Below are positions 19,538-28,548 of a stretch of DNA of 64,000 nt, piece after piece (within the stretch, counting starts at the first letter, position 1; every line of letters begins with the position of its first letter). Under the pieces are notes generated by a model. It searched no databases, was not told where the DNA came from, and saw only the letters and a list, made by a program, of their open reading frames with translations. The DNA is from Chloroflexota bacterium (GTDB taxonomy: Bacteria; Chloroflexota; UBA11872; VXNJ01). Both the position numbers and the translations under genes were made by a program. The DNA lies in the NCBI GenBank assembly GCA_030744875.1, contig JASLPR010000047.1, positions 914 through 64,913 on the forward strand, in the 5' to 3' direction.

Positions 19538-19558
19538 TTAAAGTCACTCGAACTTTAA
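19538..19558. promoter_or_regulatory. 21-bp palindrome TTAAAGT-cactcga-ACTTTAA, candidate NrtR operator upstream of nadA
   Basis: Perfect 7+7 inverted repeat with a GT-N7-AC core. It lies 66-86 nt upstream of the nadA start and 69 nt downstream of the nrtR-like stop. Confidence 0.5.
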
Positions 19559-19626
19559 CCACTACCCGACAAGATTAGCACAATTCTGGTCCGGCTCGTG
19601 AGGAAATCGCCCCTCGCTCGACCCGT

Positions 19627-20358
19627 CTACGCTGGCGGGGCGTCCAGCAGTTCATCAATCGAGATCGCGCAGCGGTACAGACTCGCCGGGCGGTGCGGCA
19701 TGCCCTGTTGCCGTTCGCCGGTCCGCACCACCGTCCCGGCGGCTTCCACCTTGCGGCGGAAGTTCGGCGGGTCCACCTTCTGGCCGAGGACGGCCTCGTA
19801 GACCGTGCGCAATTCCGCCAGCGTGAACTCCGGCTGCAGGAATTGAAAGGCCAGGTGGGCGTAATCGACCTTGTTGCGCAGCCGGCGCAGCCCGTAGGCG
19901 ATTATCTCGTCGTTGTCGAAGGCCAGCGGCGAAGGCGTCTCGCCCACCCGAAACCAGTCCACCGTGCTGGTCCCCGGCCCGGCGCGCAGCTGGTGTTCGC
20001 CCCAGCGCACCAGCGCGAAATAGGTAACCGCAATCCGATGCTCGCGGGGGTCGCGATCCGGCCGCCCGAAGGTATAGAGCTGCTCCAGGTAGTCCGGTTC
20101 GATGCCGGTTTTGTCCACCAGTTGCCAGCGGGCCGACTCGGTCAGTGAATATCCCTCATGCACCCAGCCGCCCGGCAGCGCCCACCTTCCCTGGTAGGCC
20201 GCCCGGTCGCGCCGCACCAGCAGCACCGCCAGTTCCGGATGAGCGGCGCGGGTCGGACGCAGCGTAAAGACGACCACGCTGGTCCCCACCTGGGGCTGCG
20301 CTACATCCCGTCGCGCCGCGGTCGGCGGCCCGGATTCAATTGGCGAGCGGCTGGACAT
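19627..20358 (-). CDS. nrtR: Nudix-related transcriptional regulator (NrtR-like: degenerate Nudix domain + C-terminal wHTH)
   Basis: The Nudix fold has a degenerate box (GGWVHEGYSLTESARWQLVDKTGI lacks the REx2EE glutamates). C-terminal LRNKVDYAHLAFQFLQPEFTLAELRTVYEAVLG...NFRRKV is typical of NrtR. Adjacent to nadA. Confidence 0.7.
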   Translation of the reverse strand: MSSRSPIESGPPTAARRDVAQPQVGTSVVVFTLRPTRAAHPELAVLLVRRDRAAYQGRWALPGGWVHEGYSLTESARWQLVDKTGIEPDYLEQLYTFGRPDRDPREHRIAVTYFALVRWGEHQLRAGPGTSTVDWFRVGETPSPLAFDNDEIIAYGLRRLRNKVDYAHLAFQFLQPEFTLAELRTVYEAVLGQKVDPPNFRRKVEAAGTVVRTGERQQGMPHRPASLYRCAISIDELLDAPPA

Positions 20359-20393
20359 CAGCGGCCATCCCCGGCGGGTCGTAAAGTATCTTC

Positions 20394-21827
20394 ATGCTCG
20401 CCCCCCGGTCCGTCTGCGTCAACCGATCCCGAGGATCCCCGGCCATCTCTAGCGCTTCCCGCCCCACACCGCCCCGCCCCGCCCGGCCGCTCGCCCGGCG
20501 GCGGCTACTCGGGCTGTTCGGCGCGGGCGCCGGCCTGGCGCTGGCCGGTTGCGCTCCGGGACCCGCCGACGACGCCACCCGCCCGCGCACCGGCGAGATC
20601 GTCGTCTGGCTCCGCGACCAGAACGCCGACGCGCGCCGCGTCTTCGCCGAACGCATCGTGCCCGCGATCCACGAGTTGGTCCCCGGGCTCAGCCTGACGA
20701 TCCTCTGGAAGCACTGGGATCTGGCCCTGCCGGACGCCGCCGGCCAGACGGACGCTATGCCCGACATCTTCCAGTTCGGCCACACCGACGCGGTCACCCT
20801 GCTCCCCGACGGCCTGGCCGCCGATTTGACGAGTCACTGGGCGGCCTGGGGCGCCGGGGCCGATTTCTTTCCGGCTTCGCGGGCGGCGAGTTGGTGGCAG
20901 GGCGGGTCGGCCGGCATCCCCACGTCGTCCGCCCCCACCACCGTCTTCTGGCGTCGCGATCTCCTGGAAGAAATCGGGCTCGACACCGTCCCGACCACCT
21001 TTGAAGAGACCATCGAAGTCACCCGCCGCGCGAAATCCATCGACAACGGCATTCTCCAGCGGGAAGGGCTCAACCCGCCCACCGTCCCGGAAATTCTCGC
21101 CCTCTTCATGAGCGTCTCCGGCCGCCCGGTCGTCACCGCCGGCCGTTCCGGACTCAACTCCGCCGCCGGCCGCCTGGTTTTTCGCTACGTCATCGACCGC
21201 TGGCAGGCGTCTCAGGACGATACCCTTCGCCTCAGCCTCCCCGACACGGCTCTCCCGCCGCTGCTGCTTGGGTCCCGGTTCGGCCAGTACGGCAACGCCG
21301 TCAGCACCCTGCGCCACTTCGTCACCGATGCCCCGGAGCTGCTCCCCCACCTAGAAGTCGGCCGGCCGCTAGTCCCCGGCGGCTTCGACTACAAGCCCGC
21401 CACCCCCGGCGTCACGGCGCCGCTGGCGCAGACCTACACCGACAGCATTGCCCTCGCCGCCGGCACTCGTGCCCCCGACCTGGCCTGGGAGACGATGCGC
21501 CAGCTCGCCTCGCCCGCCACCCTTGCCGCCTACAACGAAGCGCTCTTTCTCACCCCGCCGCGCCGCTCCGCCACCGGCCGTGGATTCACCCTCCAGCCCG
21601 GCCAGGCCGAGCTGGTCCGCCAGCTGGAAACCTGGGGCGTCGCCGCCCCGCGATTCCCGGCGCTGCCCGCCTTCCACGCCGCCATCGAATCGCGCCTAGC
21701 GCCTTTGCTGGTCGGCTTCCTTGACATCGACGAAGCGCTCACGGCCATCGAAGAAGAGCAAAACGCCGCCCTCCTCGCCGCCGGCTTCGAGGGCGATATC
21801 GTCCCCGCGGCCGGCATCCGTGGCTAA
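20394..21827 (+). CDS. extracellular solute-binding protein (family 1) with Tat/lipoprotein signal; orphan (no adjacent permeases)
   Basis: ARRRLLGLFGAGAGLALAGC signal, and SBP-like length and composition ending ...EALTAIEEEQNAAL. Confidence 0.6.
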   Translation: MLAPRSVCVNRSRGSPAISSASRPTPPRPARPLARRRLLGLFGAGAGLALAGCAPGPADDATRPRTGEIVVWLRDQNADARRVFAERIVPAIHELVPGLSLTILWKHWDLALPDAAGQTDAMPDIFQFGHTDAVTLLPDGLAADLTSHWAAWGAGADFFPASRAASWWQGGSAGIPTSSAPTTVFWRRDLLEEIGLDTVPTTFEETIEVTRRAKSIDNGILQREGLNPPTVPEILALFMSVSGRPVVTAGRSGLNSAAGRLVFRYVIDRWQASQDDTLRLSLPDTALPPLLLGSRFGQYGNAVSTLRHFVTDAPELLPHLEVGRPLVPGGFDYKPATPGVTAPLAQTYTDSIALAAGTRAPDLAWETMRQLASPATLAAYNEALFLTPPRRSATGRGFTLQPGQAELVRQLETWGVAAPRFPALPAFHAAIESRLAPLLVGFLDIDEALTAIEEEQNAALLAAGFEGDIVPAAGIRG

Positions 21828-21874
21828 AGCGACACTCGAAACCACTCTTCCAGTCCATTCGCAAAGGACCTCCC

Positions 21875-22075
21875 GTGACCGCCGAATTGTGGGCCGTCGT
21901 CATCCCGCTTATCGCCATCGACCTCGGGCTGCTGGCCTACGCGTTGCTCGATCTCCGCCGCCGCACGGCGGACGAAGTCGTCGGCGGGCACCGCGGCATC
22001 TGGCTGGCCATCATCCTCGTCCTCACTACGGTCGGCCCGCTGGCCTACCTCTTCGCCGGCCGCCGCCGGCAGTGA
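21875..22075 (+). CDS. small two-TM membrane protein (PLD-nuclease N-terminal domain-like)
   Basis: 66 aa with two hydrophobic helices and Arg-rich loops. The GTG start and the stop overlap the downstream ABC ATPase start (GTGA). Confidence 0.5.
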   Translation: MTAELWAVVIPLIAIDLGLLAYALLDLRRRTADEVVGGHRGIWLAIILVLTTVGPLAYLFAGRRRQ

Positions 22076-22998
22076 CGGCGGCGATCGCCTGCGAGGGTCT
22101 TACCAGGCGCTACGGCGGCGTCCTCGCGGTTGATTCGCTCGATCTGGAGATAGCGGCCGGCGAAGTCTTCGGCTTCCTCGGACCCAACGGCGCCGGCAAG
22201 ACCACCACCATCGGCATGCTCGTCGGTGTCGTCATCCCCACCGCCGGTTCCGCCCGGGTCGCCGGCCTGCCTATCGAAGACGGCGCCTACCGCCGGCGCA
22301 TTGGTTTCCTGCAGCAGGAGCCCGCCATCTACGGCTGGATGCGCGGACGCGAGTTCCTCGACTTCATCGGCCGCGCCCACGGGTTGGACGCCGCGCTCCG
22401 CGCTTCCCGGGCTGGCGAGTTGCTCGAGCGCTTCGCCCTCACCGACGCGGCCGGCCGCAAAGTCGCCGGCTACTCCGACGGAATGAAGAAGCGCCTCGCG
22501 CTGGCCGCCGCGCTCATGAGCGACCCCGAAATCCTCATTCTCGACGAACCCGTCAACGACCTCGACCCCATGGGACGCCGCGAGATACTGGAGATCATCG
22601 GATCGCTGTGCGGCGACAAAACGGTCCTCATGTCCACCCACGTCCTCAGCGATGTCGACCGCGTCTGCACTTCCGTCGGCATCATCAACCAGGGCAAGCT
22701 GCTGGTGAACTCCACCATCGAGGCGCTCCGCGACCGTCACGCCCGCCCGGTGTTCAGCATCGACGTCGAGGGCGACCCGGCCGGACTCATTCCCCAACTC
22801 GATGCGGCGGATTACGTCGCCTCGGTCCGTTCGCTGCCCGACGGGCTCCGCGTCATCGCCCGCGACGAAGACCGCGCCCGCCGCGAACTCCCCGCCCTGG
22901 TTGTCGCCAGCGGCCTCTTTCTCAGCTCCTACCGCCTCGAACGACCCCGCCTCGAAGACATCTTCGTCGAGCTGGTCGAAGGCGACGGCGCCTCGTGA
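22072..22998 (+). CDS. ABC transporter ATP-binding protein
   Basis: Walker A GPNGAGKTT, signature YSDGMKKR, Walker B ILILDEP. The real start is GTG 22072, not the 425-aa ORF. Confidence 0.85.
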   Translation: MTAAIACEGLTRRYGGVLAVDSLDLEIAAGEVFGFLGPNGAGKTTTIGMLVGVVIPTAGSARVAGLPIEDGAYRRRIGFLQQEPAIYGWMRGREFLDFIGRAHGLDAALRASRAGELLERFALTDAAGRKVAGYSDGMKKRLALAAALMSDPEILILDEPVNDLDPMGRREILEIIGSLCGDKTVLMSTHVLSDVDRVCTSVGIINQGKLLVNSTIEALRDRHARPVFSIDVEGDPAGLIPQLDAADYVASVRSLPDGLRVIARDEDRARRELPALVVASGLFLSSYRLERPRLEDIFVELVEGDGAS

Positions 22999-23754
22999 GC
23001 GTCATGCTCCGCAAAGAACTCCTCGAACTCCTCAAGACCGGCCGCCTGCTCATCGTCACCGGCAGCATGGTTTCCTTTGGCATCCTCGGACCGGCGGCCG
23101 CCCGCTACCTGCCGCAGTTGATGGAAGGGTAGCTCCCCGAAGGCATGCAAATCATCATGCCCGATCCGGTCCCTGCCGACGGCGTCCAGCAATTCCTCGA
23201 AAACGTCGGTCAGCTTGGCTGGATCGCGCTGATCCTGGTCACGATGGGCGCGCTCGCCGGCGAGCGCGCCGCCGGCACCGTCGCCATCGTCCTCGCCACC
23301 CCCATCTCCCGCAACTTCTTCGTCCTCGCCAAACTAGTCTCCCGGCTGGCGCTGCTGCTGGTCAGCGTCCTCGCCGGCGCCGCCGTTTGCCTGCTCTACA
23401 CCGAGCTCCTGCTCGGCGCCTACCCGCTCCCCGAGTTCCTCGCCGCCACCGGCCTCTATCTTCTCTACGGCGCGTTGGTCGTCGCCTGGACCATCCTGAT
23501 GAGTTCGCTCGTCAAGTCCGGTATCGGCGCCGGCGGGCTCGCCCTGGTGCCGCTCTTTCTCATCCCCATCCTGAGCCTCCTCAGCGGCCGCCTCGGCGAC
23601 TTCCTCCCCTTCGGGCTCATCATCGCCGCCGGCGATATCGTGCGCCTGCGCGCGCCCCTCCGACGGACTCTGGATCGCCGCCGTAGTCACCCTCGCGCTG
23701 ATCGTCGTCTGCGCCCTCGCCGCCCATGCCCGCATCCGCACCATTTCCTTCTAG
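22995..23754 (+). pseudogene. ABC-2 family permease disrupted by an in-frame TAG and a frameshift
   Basis: (V)SVMLRKELLELLKTGRLLIV...YLPQLMEG-TAG(23130-23132)-LPEGMQIIMPDPVP... is continuous in one frame. The C-terminal TM helix GLWIAAVVTLALIVVCALAAHARIRTISF-TAG (23752-23754) is in the +1 frame after a CCCC run at 23655-23658. Confidence 0.7.
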
Positions 23755-23913
23755 CCCCGCCCCCCGATTTGTTGACCCTTTACCCCGGTAGCTGATAGAT
23801 TCCACTGCTTGGGCGCTCTTGGCCCGAGCTTGTTTATGTTTACCCTGTAACACCCCTGACACCCGGGCCCTCCACGCCCGGGCACGTTCGTCCAAAGAGC
23901 GGAGCAACCACCC

Positions 23914-24633
23914 TTGTACGCCCTGGTGCGGTCCGACGGTCGGCAACACCGAGTCGAGCCCGGCAAGACCTTCAAAGTAGACAAGCTCGCCGCCGAGCCC
24001 GATTCCTCCCTCGTCCTGGATGAGGTCCTGCTGGTCAGCGACGACGACGTCACCCTCGGTGCGCCACTTATCGACGGCGCCCGCATCGCCTGCACCGTCG
24101 TCCGCCACGAGCGCGGACCCAAGGTCCGCGTCTTCCGCTTCAAAGCCAAGAAGGGCTACCGCAAGCGCAGCGGCCAGCGCCGCGACCTGACGGTCCTGCA
24201 CGTCGACGAGGTTTCCGTTGGCGGCAAGACCGTCGCCAAGGCCGGTGCCGAAGCCGCCGCCAAACCGAAGGCCAAAGCCAAGAGCAAGGCCGCCGCGAAG
24301 CCCAAAACCAAAGCCGCCGCCAAGCCGAAGGCCAGGGCCAAGTCCAAGGCCGCCGCCAAGCCTAAAGCCAAGAGCAAGGTCGCCGCCAAACCCAAGGCCA
24401 AAGCCAAGTCGAAGGCCGCCGCCAAACCGAAGGCCAAAGCCAAGAGCAAGGCCGCCGTGAAGTCCAAAGCCAAAGCCGCCGCCAAGCCGAAGGCCAGGGC
24501 CAAGTCCAAGGCCGCCGCCAAGCCCAAAGCCGAGAGCAAGGCAAAAGCCTCCGCAAAGGCCAAAAGTAAGGCAAAATCAAAGTCCAAAGCCGCCGCCAAA
24601 GCCAAGTCTAAGTCGTCGAGGAAGCAGGGGTAA
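23914..24633 (+). CDS. rplU: 50S ribosomal protein L21 with long Ala/Lys/Pro-rich C-terminal extension
   Basis: The TTG start gives [25 protein letters not shown]...[29 protein letters not shown] (canonical L21, ~100 aa). About 135 aa of [11 protein letters not shown]-type repeats follow. Confidence 0.85.
   Translation: MYALVRSDGRQHRVEPGKTFKVDKLAAEPDSSLVLDEVLLVSDDDVTLGAPLIDGARIACTVVRHERGPKVRVFRFKAKKGYRKRSGQRRDLTVLHVDEVSVGGKTVAKAGAEAAAKPKAKAKSKAAAKPKTKAAAKPKARAKSKAAAKPKAKSKVAAKPKAKAKSKAAAKPKAKAKSKAAVKSKAKAAAKPKARAKSKAAAKPKAESKAKASAKAKSKAKSKSKAAAKAKSKSSRKQG
24240..24620 (+). repeat. coding tandem repeats (AKP/KAKSK units; ~75-bp block repeated at 162-bp spacing)
   Basis: aaagccgccgccaagccgaaggccagggccaagtccaaggccgccgccaagcc... 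occurs at ~24309 and again at ~24471, embedded in shorter gccaaagccaagagcaag-type units. Confidence 0.75.
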
Positions 24634-24639
24634 CCCGCC

Positions 24640-24888
<249 letters not shown>

Positions 24889-24912
24889 GGCGTCCGTAGG
24901 CCGATTGATTCC

Positions 24913-24988
24913 GGGGCGATAGCTCAGCTGGAAGAGCGCTACATTCGCATTGTAGAGGTCGAGGGTTCGAGTCCCTTTCGCTCCACCA
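24913..24988 (+). tRNA. tRNA-Ala (anticodon CGC), CCA encoded
   Basis: Manual cloverleaf: acceptor GGGGCGA/TCGCTCC with the G3:U70 Ala identity pair, D-arm GCTC/GAGC, anticodon stem CTACA/TGTAG with loop TTCGCAT, and T-arm GAGGG-TTCGAGT-CCCTT. Confidence 0.9.
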
Positions 24989-25137
24989 GGCCCCCGTTCG
25001 GGCTGCGCTCGCGGCGGCGCGCGCTGAGCGACTTTTCTATCCGGGCCTTCCCCATCCTCCCGTCAGCGACTTAGAATCCGGGCGAGTTCCGGCGCTTGGC
25101 CGGGACCCGGGGCAGTACCCAACCGATTAGAGAGTTC

Positions 25138-27822
25138 ATGGCGACCCAGGCATCTCCCGAGCGCCGCGCAGCCACCAGCCACTACGACGTCAAGGCCATC
25201 GAAGCCAAGTGGAAGGCTCGCTGGGAGGCCGCCGACCTCTACCGCACCGAGACCTTCTCCGACAAACCCACCTACTACTGCCTCGAGATGTTCCCCTACC
25301 CCTCCGGCAGCGGACTAAGCGTCGGCCATTTCCGCAACTACATCCCCGTCGACGTCATGGGGCGCTTCAAGCGCATGCAGGGCCACGAAGTACTCCACCC
25401 CATGGGTTGGGACGCCTTCGGCCTGCCCGCCGAGCAGGACGCCATCGACAAGGGCCGCCACCCCGCCGAGACCACCCGCGAATATGCCGCCAACTACCGC
25501 CGCCAGCTACAACTCGTCGGCTGCGCCTACGACTGGTCCCGCGAGATCGACTCCTCGAATCCCGACTACTACCGCTGGACCCAATGGTTCTTTCTGCTGT
25601 TGCATCAGCGCGGACTCGCCTACCGCGCCGAAAAGGATCAATGGTGGTGCGACGTCTGCGGCGCGCTCGCCGACGAAGAGGTCCTCGCCGACGGCACCGA
25701 CTGGCGCGGCCACTCCGGCATTCACAAGCGCCCCCTCAAGCAGTGGTTCTTCAAGATCACCGACTACGCCGACCGTCTCATCGAGGACCTTTCCCTCGTC
25801 GACTACCCGCCCCAGACCAGCCGCGCCCAGATCAACTGGGTCGGCCGCAGCGAAGGTGCCGACATCGTCTTCAAGACCGAAGCGGGCCACGATCTGTCAG
25901 TCTTCACTACCCGCCCCGACACCCTCTTCGGGGCTACCTTCATGGTCCTCGCCCCCGAGCACCCGCTCATCCCGGAGTTCACCACCCCCAACCACCAGGA
26001 CGCCGTCGAGTTCTACAGCCGCGCCGCCTCGCTGATCTCCGAAATCGACCGCGCGTCCACCGAGCGCACCAAGACCGGCGTCTTCACCGGGGCCTACGCG
26101 ATCAATCCGGTCAACAACGCCCGGGTCCCCATCTGGATCGCCGACTACGTACTGATGTCCTACGGCTCCGGGGCCATCATGGCGGTCCCCGCCCACGACG
26201 GCCGCGACTTCGAGTTCGCCACCAAGTACGAGCTTCCCATCCCGGTGGTCATCGCCCCGCCCGACTGGGACGGCAAAGACCTCGACGAGGCCTATCTCGG
26301 CTCCGGCAAACTGGTCAACTCCGGCCCTTACGACGGGCTTGAATGGGAAGAGGGCTTCCGGCGCATCACCGCCGATCTCGAAGCGCGCGGTCTCGGCAAG
26401 CCCGCCATCAACTACCGCCTGCGCGACTGGCTCATCTCCCGGCAGCGCTACTGGGGATGCCCGATACCGATTGTCCACTGCGAAGAGTGCGGCGAAGTCC
26501 CGGTCCCCGAATCCGATCTGCCGGTCCTGCTACCCGAGATCACCAACTTCCGTCCCGACCCCGAGCGCGGCTCCCCGCTCGAATCCGTCGACGAATGGGT
26601 CAACACCACCTGCCCCGACTGCGGCCGCCCGGCCCGGCGCGAAACCGACACCCTCGGCGGCTTCGCCTGTTCCTCCTGGTACTTCCTGCGCTTCATCAGC
26701 CCCGATTGCGCCGACGCTCCCTTCGACCGCGCGGCGGTCGATCGCTGGATGCCCGTCGATCTCTACGTCGGCGGCGCCGAGCACACCGTCATGCACCTGC
26801 TCTACTCGCGGTTCTGGTACAAGGTCATGTTCGACGCCGGACTCGTCAGCACTCCCGAGCCCTACCGCAAGCTCCGTCACCAAGGCATGATCCTCGCCGA
26901 GGACGGCTGGGTGCCCGCCGAGCAGGTCAACGTCACGGCCGGCCGCGTCTCGTCGCGCGACGCCGGTGGCATCGACATCCACGCCGAGCCCACCACCGTC
27001 TCGCGCCTCCTCTATCACGCCCCGCCCAAGGCCGAATTCGAGACCCGCCCCGAACCCGAACCCGAAACCGGCGACGGCAAAGAGTGGATCGGCATCCGCA
27101 GCGGTAAAATGTCCAAATCCCTCGGCAACGTCGTAACTCCCGACGAGATGGTCGACATCTACGGAACCGACTGCCTCCGCGGCTACCAACTCTTCATGGC
27201 GCCCATGGACGGCACGCTCGTCTGGAACGAAGACGGCCTCAACGGCATCCTGCGTTTCTACAACCGCGTCTGGGATCTCGTCACCGCCCCGCCGTCCGGC
27301 GACCGCCGGCCGCCGCCGCTGGAAGAGGCCCGCCGCGAAGCCCGCCGCCTCATCCACAAAGCGGTCAAGAAATGCACCACCGACCTAGAGGAGCTGCGCT
27401 TTAACACCATGGTTGCCAACGGCCTCATGGAGACCGTCAACGGCCTGCTCGCGCTCTGGTCTGAGGAGCTGGCCGCTGCCGACGAAGGCCGTGAAGTCAT
27501 CGAAAAGCTGACCCTGCTGCTGGCCCCCACCGCCCCGCTCCTGGCCGAAGAGCTCTGGGAGCGCACCGGCCATGAGGGCAGCGTCGTGCTGGCCGAGTGG
27601 CCCGACTACGACGAAGCCCTCACCATCGACGAAACCATCACCCTGGTCGTGCAGGTCAACGGCAAAGTCCGTGACCGCCTCGAAGTTCCTCTCGACATCG
27701 ACGAAGCCGCCGCGCTCGAACTCGCCTCCGCCCAGCCCAACGTCCAGACTCATCTCGAAGGTAAAACCATCCGCCGCGTCATCTTCGTCCCCGGCCGTCT
27801 CCTCAACCTCGTTGTCGGCTAA
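25138..27822 (+). CDS. leuS: leucyl-tRNA synthetase
   Basis: MFPYPSGSGLSVGHFRNY (HIGH-type region), a CP1 editing domain, and KMSKSLGNV. ATG 25138 is preferred over TTG 25096. Confidence 0.95.
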   Translation: MATQASPERRAATSHYDVKAIEAKWKARWEAADLYRTETFSDKPTYYCLEMFPYPSGSGLSVGHFRNYIPVDVMGRFKRMQGHEVLHPMGWDAFGLPAEQDAIDKGRHPAETTREYAANYRRQLQLVGCAYDWSREIDSSNPDYYRWTQWFFLLLHQRGLAYRAEKDQWWCDVCGALADEEVLADGTDWRGHSGIHKRPLKQWFFKITDYADRLIEDLSLVDYPPQTSRAQINWVGRSEGADIVFKTEAGHDLSVFTTRPDTLFGATFMVLAPEHPLIPEFTTPNHQDAVEFYSRAASLISEIDRASTERTKTGVFTGAYAINPVNNARVPIWIADYVLMSYGSGAIMAVPAHDGRDFEFATKYELPIPVVIAPPDWDGKDLDEAYLGSGKLVNSGPYDGLEWEEGFRRITADLEARGLGKPAINYRLRDWLISRQRYWGCPIPIVHCEECGEVPVPESDLPVLLPEITNFRPDPERGSPLESVDEWVNTTCPDCGRPARRETDTLGGFACSSWYFLRFISPDCADAPFDRAAVDRWMPVDLYVGGAEHTVMHLLYSRFWYKVMFDAGLVSTPEPYRKLRHQGMILAEDGWVPAEQVNVTAGRVSSRDAGGIDIHAEPTTVSRLLYHAPPKAEFETRPEPEPETGDGKEWIGIRSGKMSKSLGNVVTPDEMVDIYGTDCLRGYQLFMAPMDGTLVWNEDGLNGILRFYNRVWDLVTAPPSGDRRPPPLEEARREARRLIHKAVKKCTTDLEELRFNTMVANGLMETVNGLLALWSEELAAADEGREVIEKLTLLLAPTAPLLAEELWERTGHEGSVVLAEWPDYDEALTIDETITLVVQVNGKVRDRLEVPLDIDEAAALELASAQPNVQTHLEGKTIRRVIFVPGRLLNLVVG

Positions 27823-27843
27823 TCATCCCCGGGGCCCCTCCCC

Positions 27844-28479
27844 ATGCAACTCGATCTCCTCCCGCTGAACACCGTCCTCTTCCCCGGCGCCACCATGCCG
27901 CTGCGCATCTTCGAGCCCCGCTACCTGGACATGATTCAGCGCTGCGTTGCCGAAGAGCTCCCGATCGGCATCGTCTTGTTGCGCAAGGGCCGCGCCGAAG
28001 GCCCCGGCGAAGTCGAGATCCACGAAGTCGGCACCATCGCCGAGATCATCAGCGTCGAGCCGGCCGACGACGCAACGCTCAACATTCTGATCGCCGGCCG
28101 CCGTCGCTTTCACGTCCAGCGGCTCATTCAGCGGCGGCCCCGCCTCATCGCCGACGTCGTCGAACCGCCCCGCACCGAGCCTCCCGACTACGCGCCCCCG
28201 GCGCCGTTTGAGCAGCTCCGCGAACGTTTCGCCGGCTACCACCCCCTGCTGCTCGCCGCCACCGGCCAGTGGACCCGCCACCTCGCTCTTCCGAAGGATC
28301 CCGAGGCGCTGACCGAGTTGATCGGCGCCGCCCTGCAAATCGACAACCGCGAGCGCCAGATCCTGCTCGAGCAGTCGTCCCCGGCCAGCCTCGCCCGCCT
28401 TGAGCTGACCATCATCCGTCGCGAGCTACCCGCCCTGCGCCGCGCCCGCGCCGACCGCGAAGAGCGCCACTCCAACTAG
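27844..28479 (+). CDS. Lon N-terminal (LON substrate-binding) domain protein
   Basis: MQLDLLPLNTVLFPGATMPLRIFEPRYLDMIQRCV is typical of stand-alone Lon-N domain proteins. Confidence 0.7.
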   Translation: MQLDLLPLNTVLFPGATMPLRIFEPRYLDMIQRCVAEELPIGIVLLRKGRAEGPGEVEIHEVGTIAEIISVEPADDATLNILIAGRRRFHVQRLIQRRPRLIADVVEPPRTEPPDYAPPAPFEQLRERFAGYHPLLLAATGQWTRHLALPKDPEALTELIGAALQIDNRERQILLEQSSPASLARLELTIIRRELPALRRARADREERHSN

Positions 28480-28548
28480 CAGGGCGTCGATCCCGCCCCC
28501 CGGCGCTACAATCGAACCGACCGCCCAATCCCCAGGAAACACCCCGGT

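Noticed and set aside
24240-24620. CRISPR-like or non-coding tandem repeat array
   Set aside because: The repeats are in frame within rplU and encode AKP/KAKSK units. There is no repeat-spacer architecture and there are no cas genes. The same reasoning applies to the PT repeats at 44987-45170.
24889-25137. tRNA-Ala as an integration hotspot, or a T-box leader for leuS
   Set aside because: No integrase, no direct repeat of the tRNA 3' end, and no compositional island downstream. The 150-nt spacer is too short for a T-box and lacks the conserved T-box core or a specifier-loop architecture.
26880-27110. Apparent insertion before the KMSKS loop of LeuS
   Set aside because: Bacterial LeuS enzymes, including that of E. 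coli as I recall, naturally carry a variable insertion of similar length at this position. The frame is intact.
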